Source: an uncultured delta proteobacterium (GTDB taxonomy: Bacteria; Desulfobacterota; Syntrophia; Syntrophales; Smithellaceae). From it: DNA of 64,000 nucleotides. A program made the translations under genes and the position numbers. The notes beneath the pieces were generated by a model. The model saw only the letters and a program-made list of their open reading frames with translations. It made no database searches and was not told the origin of the DNA. Shown piece after piece: positions 58,015 to 64,000 of the stretch (within the stretch, counting starts at the first letter, position 1; every line of letters begins with the position of its first letter). The stretch lies in NCBI GenBank assembly GCA_963753975.1, contig CAVWEH010000005.1:288001-352000 (forward strand), written 5' to 3'.

Positions 58015-58884
58015 ATGGCAGTAAAACGCAAACAGCAATCGCCGCGATCGCGTAAAGCATCAAAGCCAAAGAAAATTAATAGCACTAAGGCAGCTACGCA
58101 ACAAGATGTAGATCCTCGGATGTGTGGATTAATAGATGCGATGAAGCGAGGATGGTATCAGTCAAAAACCGGGGAACTATTTACTGGATTTAAAATCACA
58201 GCGGATGATATCGTTTTAGATGTAGGATGTGGTGATGGAGGCGCTACGCTGTTTTGTGCGAGGCAGGGCGCTCACGTAGTTTTTTCGGATGTCAATGCGA
58301 CTAAAATTAAGGCGCTTATAAAGAAAGCCAATAAAACTAAGGCCAGAAAAGTCGAAGGTTTCGTTAGTGATACAACGCCATTGCCACTACCGGATGAGTA
58401 TGCGACTAAAATCCTGTCGATGGAGATGTTGGAACACACTGCAAACCCTGAAAATATTTTAGCTGAGCTTGTCAGAGTGGGCAAGCCTGGCGCTCAGTAT
58501 TTAATCACAGTTCCTGATTCCCGATCAGAAATGGTGCAGAAGCCTTTTGCGAATTCTATCTACTTTTCGGAACCAAATCACATTCAGATCTTTAATAAAA
58601 AAAACTTTTTCCGGTTGGTGAAAAATTCAGGATTAAAAGTGGAAAGATATGATTCATATAGTTTCTACTGGACCGTTTTTATGTCACTATTCTGGATAGT
58701 TCAGCAGCAGGAATGTTTTAAGGACGCTGTCTTAGACCATATCAAGCCTCCTTATCATCCTGTCTTGCAGAGTTGGGCAAATACCTGGGCTCGATTGCTG
58801 GAATTGAATGGCTCTGAAAAACTGCTAGCGTCCTTTGATAAATATCTACCAAAGGCCCAAATAATCATTGCAAGAAAGCCTTAA
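58015..58884 (+). CDS. Class I SAM methyltransferase
   Basis: VLDVGCGDG, EMLEH, RVGKPGA..LITVP. Confidence 0.85.
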   Translation: MAVKRKQQSPRSRKASKPKKINSTKAATQQDVDPRMCGLIDAMKRGWYQSKTGELFTGFKITADDIVLDVGCGDGGATLFCARQGAHVVFSDVNATKIKALIKKANKTKARKVEGFVSDTTPLPLPDEYATKILSMEMLEHTANPENILAELVRVGKPGAQYLITVPDSRSEMVQKPFANSIYFSEPNHIQIFNKKNFFRLVKNSGLKVERYDSYSFYWTVFMSLFWIVQQQECFKDAVLDHIKPPYHPVLQSWANTWARLLELNGSEKLLASFDKYLPKAQIIIARKP

Positions 58885-58997
58885 TTCTATCGGCATTTAT
58901 GGCAGAAAGAGGTTTATGATTGTATCACAGAAATAGAGAGTAAAAAAATAATTCAGTTTAGTAATATCACCTACTGAAGTCTCAATAATAATATGTC

Positions 58998-59883
58998 TTA
59001 ATTATTATTTACAAAAAATTCGTCGATATTTTTTGTAAATGTTATTTCTTGAAAAAAATTATTTGTTGTTCCTCTATTTAGATAAAGAAAAAATGAACTA
59101 TTTCCGGTATATGATATCAAATATTTAGATTTTGAATGAATGCATAATGATGCCATATAATATTCAGCCCATTCTAATTTATTTTCAATTTTTTCTAAAA
59201 AAATAGGTTGTACCGATGTTTGTGGTGTTAAAGTTTCTTCGAAAAATGTTGCTCTTAATTTTTTTTGAAAAAACAATTTTAATCCAAGATTTTCTGTTTG
59301 AATAAGAATTTTATAATCGGGATTTTTGTCCATTATCTGGGTCACTAATCTAAAATACGGAGCAGGGCAAAGATAATCAAACCCCCCCAAATCAGTCCAT
59401 TTATCAGTATCTCGATAAATTATTGAAATTGAATTATTGGAGTTTACATCATATTTCCTTTTTCAAAAATTCGATTTTTTTTTGTATGTTTTCATTTAAA
59501 TTAAAATATCTATCGAAAAACGGTTTAAAATATTTAATATTTTTTTCGGCATAAATTGTATGATGCTCATTTGGAGTAGCGGGAACAGGCAATTCTTCGT
59601 CAAAATTTATTTCAATTTTTTTATTTATGTTAAAAAAATGGTGGTACATATCGGGTATATTGTGATTAGGGTTAAGATTACTCAAAATATTTTTCCCATC
59701 GATATCTACGGGTAAACGTTTAAATTTTTTATAAATCGTCATTATAGATGTTAACAATAAAGTAAATGGTGCAAAAAACCCGTACTCCGAAATATCTTTT
59801 CTCCCAATTAAAATATTTTTTTTATCGTCGTAATCATACCCAAACAAAATGAGTGAATGTATCATATTTAATTGTTTAACCAT
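58998..59883 (-). CDS. NodZ/fucosyltransferase-like GT, +1 frameshift near 59457; only convincing minus-strand gene
   Basis: Removing one base gives LKKKYDVNSNNSISIIYRDTDKW; GFF near the N-terminus, IQTE, SKYLISYTGNSS; very AT-rich. Confidence 0.55.
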
Positions 59884-60034
59884 TTTTCTAATCCTAATTG
59901 ATCATAAGGATTACATCTCTTCAGGCAGGCGAGATGCATTTCTAGTGTGCCTATAGGATTAATAGCCCTTTCTTCTTGCTTTATTCTGGTGGTGACACCA
60001 AATAATTTTGATAAAATATTATCTTTATGATTAA

Positions 60035-60063
60035 ACTATAAGAAACTCGGTTTTGTATGTCAA
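60035..60063 (-). promoter_or_regulatory. Near-consensus sigma70 promoter for the minus-strand gene
   Basis: Minus strand TTGACA (60063-60058), 17 bp spacer, TATAGT (60040-60035). Confidence 0.65.
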
Positions 60064-60071
60064 GGAAATCT

Positions 60072-60087
60072 TGGCGACAGAATTGCA
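60072..60087 (+). promoter_or_regulatory. Putative sigma54 (-24/-12) promoter
   Basis: TGGCGACAGAATTGCA has GG-N10-GC spacing with TGGC and TTGCA blocks; lacks the consensus AC. Confidence 0.4.
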
Positions 60088-60145
60088 TTGACATCTGATT
60101 GTAAAAGTATGACCAAGTAGTTAGTTAATCAAGGAGAGGTTAAAA

Positions 60146-61183
60146 ATGAAACACGCGGGAAAGGTTGTCTTTGCACTTATAAGTTGCTTAATTACCCTGT
60201 TATTTGTTGAATTGATTTATTCTACAATGCATAAGAACGTTTATCGTCAAGCAAGTTTACAGCTTCGAGCCTGGCCATGGATAATTTATGATCCATTGAT
60301 GGGATGGATGAACAAACCCTTGTATATTCAGCCCGGCCATTTCCGAATCGATAAAAATGGATTTCGGATAATTGAATCATCCCCTGCTTCTGACAAGAGA
60401 AAACGCCTCATAGTATGCATGGGCGACTCCGGTACGTTTGGGATATGGGCAGCACGAAAAGACCCTGTATTTGGTGGATTTGAATTTGATAGTTTTCCGT
60501 CGTATCTGCAAGATATCCTTTCCAGAAACAATGATATGGTCATAAATGCCGGAACAATTGGGTATACGTCTGCCAATTTACTCAGACAATACCTGTCTTC
60601 AATTCGCCGGTTGAAACCTCAAATCATTGTGATCAGGATCGGCCATAACGATCATCTGGAAACCTGCCAACTCGACATTCAACAGCCAAAAAATGTCGTT
60701 CTAAGATATCTCTACAAAACGTTCCCTTCGACTTTAACAGTACAAACCATTGCCCACTATAAATTTTTGTTAACACAAAAAAGCACGTCTGGACTTTGTA
60801 GCACCCCAGATGAATATGAATATAATTTAAGAACATTAATAAACATCGCGAATAATGATGGAATTAAAGTTTTTCTTGTAGACTACCCTTTGCGGTCTCC
60901 AAGCATCCCACCTGCCTCGGAAGCAGATTATCAAGAAAGTTTGAAAAGACTAAAATTAAAATCAGCTGCATCTTATATCGAACTTCATGAAAAATATATG
61001 CAAAGGATGGAAACTGTTGCAAAATCAACCGGCACCCAGATTATTAGAACGAGACACCGGCTGGAAGATCCGAAAGAAAACGCATTTTCCAGATGGGACC
61101 AGCAGCATCCCAATAAGCAAGGTATGCGCATCATTGCCGAGGAGATCGCCAAGGTCTTGAACAAAAATGCAGGGAGTCAATAA
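60146..61183 (+). CDS. Membrane-anchored SGNH/GDSL-family protein
   Basis: N-terminal TM; blocks GDSGTFG, NAGTIGY, GHND, DQQHPN. Confidence 0.85.
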   Translation: MKHAGKVVFALISCLITLLFVELIYSTMHKNVYRQASLQLRAWPWIIYDPLMGWMNKPLYIQPGHFRIDKNGFRIIESSPASDKRKRLIVCMGDSGTFGIWAARKDPVFGGFEFDSFPSYLQDILSRNNDMVINAGTIGYTSANLLRQYLSSIRRLKPQIIVIRIGHNDHLETCQLDIQQPKNVVLRYLYKTFPSTLTVQTIAHYKFLLTQKSTSGLCSTPDEYEYNLRTLINIANNDGIKVFLVDYPLRSPSIPPASEADYQESLKRLKLKSAASYIELHEKYMQRMETVAKSTGTQIIRTRHRLEDPKENAFSRWDQQHPNKQGMRIIAEEIAKVLNKNAGSQ

Positions 61184-61283
61184 CAGGGTATTAGGAATTT
61201 GAAAGTTATGATATAGAGAAAATGGTGGTTTCGAAGATATAACTCAGAACAATATGTAGCATGGATATGATAAAAAAGGGCAT

Positions 61284-61718
61284 ATGATGGACTCACGACA
61301 GCTGCATGAAGATTTATGCCGTCAGCCGGCCGAAGAAAAATCAAGCGCACGTGGACTGGGGATCACTTTTGCTGTCGTATTTTCTATTATAGGTTTTGCG
61401 CGGCTATATCAAGGCCATGATTGGTGGGCAGTATGTCTTTCCGTAGCTGCTGTATTTCTTTTTCTTGCCTATTTCTGGGTAGCTCCTTTGCGCCCGCTTA
61501 ACAATCTTTGGCATCGCTTTAGCTTGCTTTTATTTCATGTTGTAAATCCTGTCATTATGGGAATCATTTTCTTTTCGACTATTTTCCCGATCGGGGTATT
61601 GATGCGGATCTTCGGAAAAGACGAGCTTAAATTGAAATTTGATCGTGAAGCGCATACGTATTGGCAAAAGCGGACACCCTCCCAAAACCTGTCACAAAAT
61701 ATGAAAAATCAATTTTAA
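61284..61718 (+). CDS. SxtJ-family membrane protein
   Basis: SSAR.LG..F, TM hairpin, PL.PLN.LW, IFPIG.LMR.FGKD.L, TYW, C-terminal MKNQF. Confidence 0.8.
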   Translation: MMDSRQLHEDLCRQPAEEKSSARGLGITFAVVFSIIGFARLYQGHDWWAVCLSVAAVFLFLAYFWVAPLRPLNNLWHRFSLLLFHVVNPVIMGIIFFSTIFPIGVLMRIFGKDELKLKFDREAHTYWQKRTPSQNLSQNMKNQF

Positions 61719-61731
61719 AGGGGAATCAATA

Positions 61732-61884
61732 ATGTTGAGCATTATACGAGAACTATGGGCTTTCCTGGTTGTACGAAAGAAGTATTGGCTTTTGCCTATC
61801 ATACTGATGCTGGCTTTGTTGGGCGGGCTTATTGTCTTGGGTAAGGGTTCCGCCATCGCGCCCTTTATCTACACCATATTCTGA
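61732..61884 (+). CDS. 50-aa SxtK/DUF5989-like membrane peptide (absent from the ORF track)
   Basis: MLSIIRELWAFLVVRKKYWLLPIILMLALLGGLIVLGKGSAIAPFIYTIF; AGGGGA RBS; fills the gap between neighbouring genes. Confidence 0.85.
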   Translation: MLSIIRELWAFLVVRKKYWLLPIILMLALLGGLIVLGKGSAIAPFIYTIF

Positions 61885-61901
61885 AACACGAAAGAATATT
61901 C

Positions 61902-63735
61902 ATGCGCATCTTAGGAATCTCAGCGTATTATCACGATAGTGCCGCATGTCTGATTGAGGATGGCCGGATAATTGCCGCTGCCCAGGAAGAGCGTTTTACC
62001 CGCAAGAAGCATGATGCGAGTTTTCCACAAAACGCAATTCGGTATTGCTTGAATGCAGGGGCAATCAAACTTGATCAGATTGACCATGTTACATTTTACG
62101 AAAAGCCTTTCTTGAAATTCGAACGACTTCTGGAGACGTATGTTGCTTTTACGCCGCATGGCTTTCGCTCGTTTCTAATGGCGATGCCGCTCTGGCTGAA
62201 AGAAAAACTTTTTCAGAAAATATTGCTACGGGATGAACTGAAAAAGTTGGGCGCGGCTGAGCATATCGAAGGTCGTTTGCTATTCGCTGAACATCACCAA
62301 AGTCACGCTGCTTCCGCTTTTTTTGCTTCGCCATTCGAAGAGGCGGTTATACTGACAATGGATGGCGTCGGTGAATGGACAACTGCTTCAGCCGCGGTAG
62401 GACGTGGGAATTACCTGGAGATGACAAAAGAAATCCATTTCCCGCATTCAATAGGCCTCCTATACTCTGCATTTACCTACTATCTTGGTTTTAAAGTTAA
62501 TTCGGGCGAATACAAGGTGATGGGGTTGGCTCCGTATGGAGAAGCAAAATATACCGACATTATCCTGGACAACCTTATTGATTTAAAGGCTGACGGTACT
62601 TTCCGGCTTGATATGCAATATTTTGATTATTGCACCGGTCTTAAGATGATCAAATGAGAAGTTCAATGAGCTTTTTGGTAATCTACCACGGAAACCCGAG
62701 GAACCTCTGACGCAAAAACATATGGATCTCGCTGCCTCGATTCAATGGGTTACAGAAGAAATAGTGCTTCGGCTGACGCGCACGCTTTCCAGTGAAACCG
62801 GCAGTAAAAATCTTTGTCTTGCCGGAGGCGTCGCTCTTAATTGCGTGGCTAATGGGAAAATCTTGCGCGACGGCAAATTTGAGCAAATTTGGATTCAGCC
62901 TGCTGCGGGAGATGCCGGAGGTGCTGTTGGTGCAGCCTTGGTGACTTACTATACGCATTTTGGCAAGACACGCCGGGCTAATGGAAGAGATGCAATGTCT
63001 GGCAGTTACCTTGGGCCTAGTTACGAAAACAGTGAAATTGAGCAACAACTGTCCGTCGCCGGCGCACGTTTCGAAAAACTTAACGATTCCGATTTAATTG
63101 CGGCCACTGTAGAAGCATTGGTGGCAGGGAAAGCGGTAGGTTGGTTTCAGGGGCGTATGGAGTTTGGCCCGCGCGCTCTTGGAGCGCGCTCTATACTTGC
63201 AGATCCCCGCAGCGTGACAATGCAGCGGACTTTAAATCTGCGAGTCAAGTATCGCGAGAGCTTTCGTCCTTTTGCACCAGCAGTGTTACGAGAGGATGTG
63301 GCCGACTGGTTTGAACTTGATCGCGACAGCCCATATATGCTTTTCGTTGCAAATGTAGTGAAAAATAGGCAAAGGCAAATGACCGAAAAAGAGCAGGCAC
63401 TGTTTGGAATCGATAAACTTAGCGTGCCGCGTTCCGAAATACCTGCAGTGACCCATGTCGACTATTCCGCAAGGATACAAACTGTGGATCGTGAAACTAA
63501 TCCGAGATTTCACGAGCTCCTGTCCGTTTTCAAAGCTCGCACTGGCTGCCCTGTCCTCGTGAATACGAGCTTCAACATTCGCGGTGAGCCTATTGTTTGC
63601 AGCCCACAGGATGCCTTCCGCTGCTTCATGGGGACAGAGATCGAATTGCTGGTTATTGGTAACTTTATTCTTTACAAAGAAAAGCAGGACACTCGCCTGA
63701 AAATGAATTACAGTGCTATGTTCAATTTGGACTAG
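61902..63735 (+). CDS. CmcH/NodU/SxtI-family O-carbamoyltransferase, +1 frameshift near 62652
   Basis: HDSAA, QEERF.R.KH, EHHQSHAASAF, GEYKVMGLAPYG, then AGGVALNCVANG, GRMEFGPRALG, RESFRPFAP, NTSFN. Confidence 0.9.
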
Positions 63736-63774
63736 AAAAGGAGAAATATCCCACGCAAGTTGGGAAATAACAAA

Positions 63775-64000
63775 ATGTTATTTGACGAAAACATTGTATG
63801 TCCAGTAACAGGCGAAGCACTGACTCTCCAGCAAGACAAATGGCTAGTGTCGCCTTCAGGCCGGAAGTATCGAATAATCGATGAAATCCCTTTGATGTTT
63901 GTCGAAGAGGTCGGCTCAATTCCTGCTGAAACGACTAAACTGCCAGACATGGCTGGGAAGGTGACTCATGCCGTACAGAATTTTTACGAAAAAGCGCCTT
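63775..64000 (+). CDS. Trm112-like N-terminal domain, probably of a methyltransferase; runs off window (absent from the ORF track)
   Basis: MLFDENIVCPVTGEALT...SPSGRKYRIIDEIPLMF...VTHAVQNFYEKAP. Confidence 0.6.
   Translation, partial: MLFDENIVCPVTGEALTLQQDKWLVSPSGRKYRIIDEIPLMFVEEVGSIPAETTKLPDMAGKVTHAVQNFYEKAP

Noticed and set aside
32072..62654. Phase variation or programmed frameshifting at the split genes
   Set aside because: Runs are only 2-4 nt, no slippery heptamer or long tract was seen, and all have the same sign, which fits sequencing error better
60146..63735. Saxitoxin biosynthetic cluster
   Set aside because: Only sxtI/J/K-like genes and an SGNH gene are present; no sxtA, sxtG or other core genes in the window, and the context is polysaccharide
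63739..63777. AGGAG followed by an in-frame ATC as a non-canonical start
   Set aside because: Only 4 nt spacing, and in-frame TTG (63760) and ATG (63775) are available; cannot be decided from sequence
391..63950. Numerous antisense and alternate-frame ORFs in the track
   Set aside because: Shadows of well-supported + strand genes with no protein motifs

Overview
The whole window is one bacterial cell-surface glycan (LPS/O-antigen/EPS) locus, with almost every gene on the + strand. Gene content and repeat style suggest an anaerobic deltaproteobacterium (inference only). It contains: LPS-core-type GT2/GT9 genes; an EPS-associated MarR regulator; a Wzx/Wzz/Wzy module with aminotransferase, phosphoglycosyltransferase, a TPP-dependent E1 alpha/beta pair and a PglF-type dehydratase; a 19.9-kb segment bracketed by a 348-bp duplication of the wzm 5' end, carrying pstSCAB-like genes, cysD, cysNC, sulfotransferases and a second Wzx; a Wzm/Wzt module with a WbdA-like double GT4, gmd and many methyltransferases; and an SGNH-SxtJ-SxtK-carbamoyltransferase module. 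The two best leads are hypotheses. (1) The Pst-type ABC transporter has lost the phosphate-liganding Ser/Thr/Asp residues in its binding protein and runs directly into cysD-cysNC, so it may import sulfate for glycan sulfation. (2) An unannotated 50-aa SxtK-like peptide ends in a DltX-like FIYxxF motif and sits with a periplasmic SGNH protein and a carbamoyltransferase, suggesting a trans-membrane carbamoyl relay. Non-autonomous REP/MITE-like repeats mark module junctions. Eight genes are split by small frameshifts, most probably sequencing errors. I saw no rRNA, tRNA, CRISPR array or transposase. All family calls come from motif recognition by eye, not database searches.
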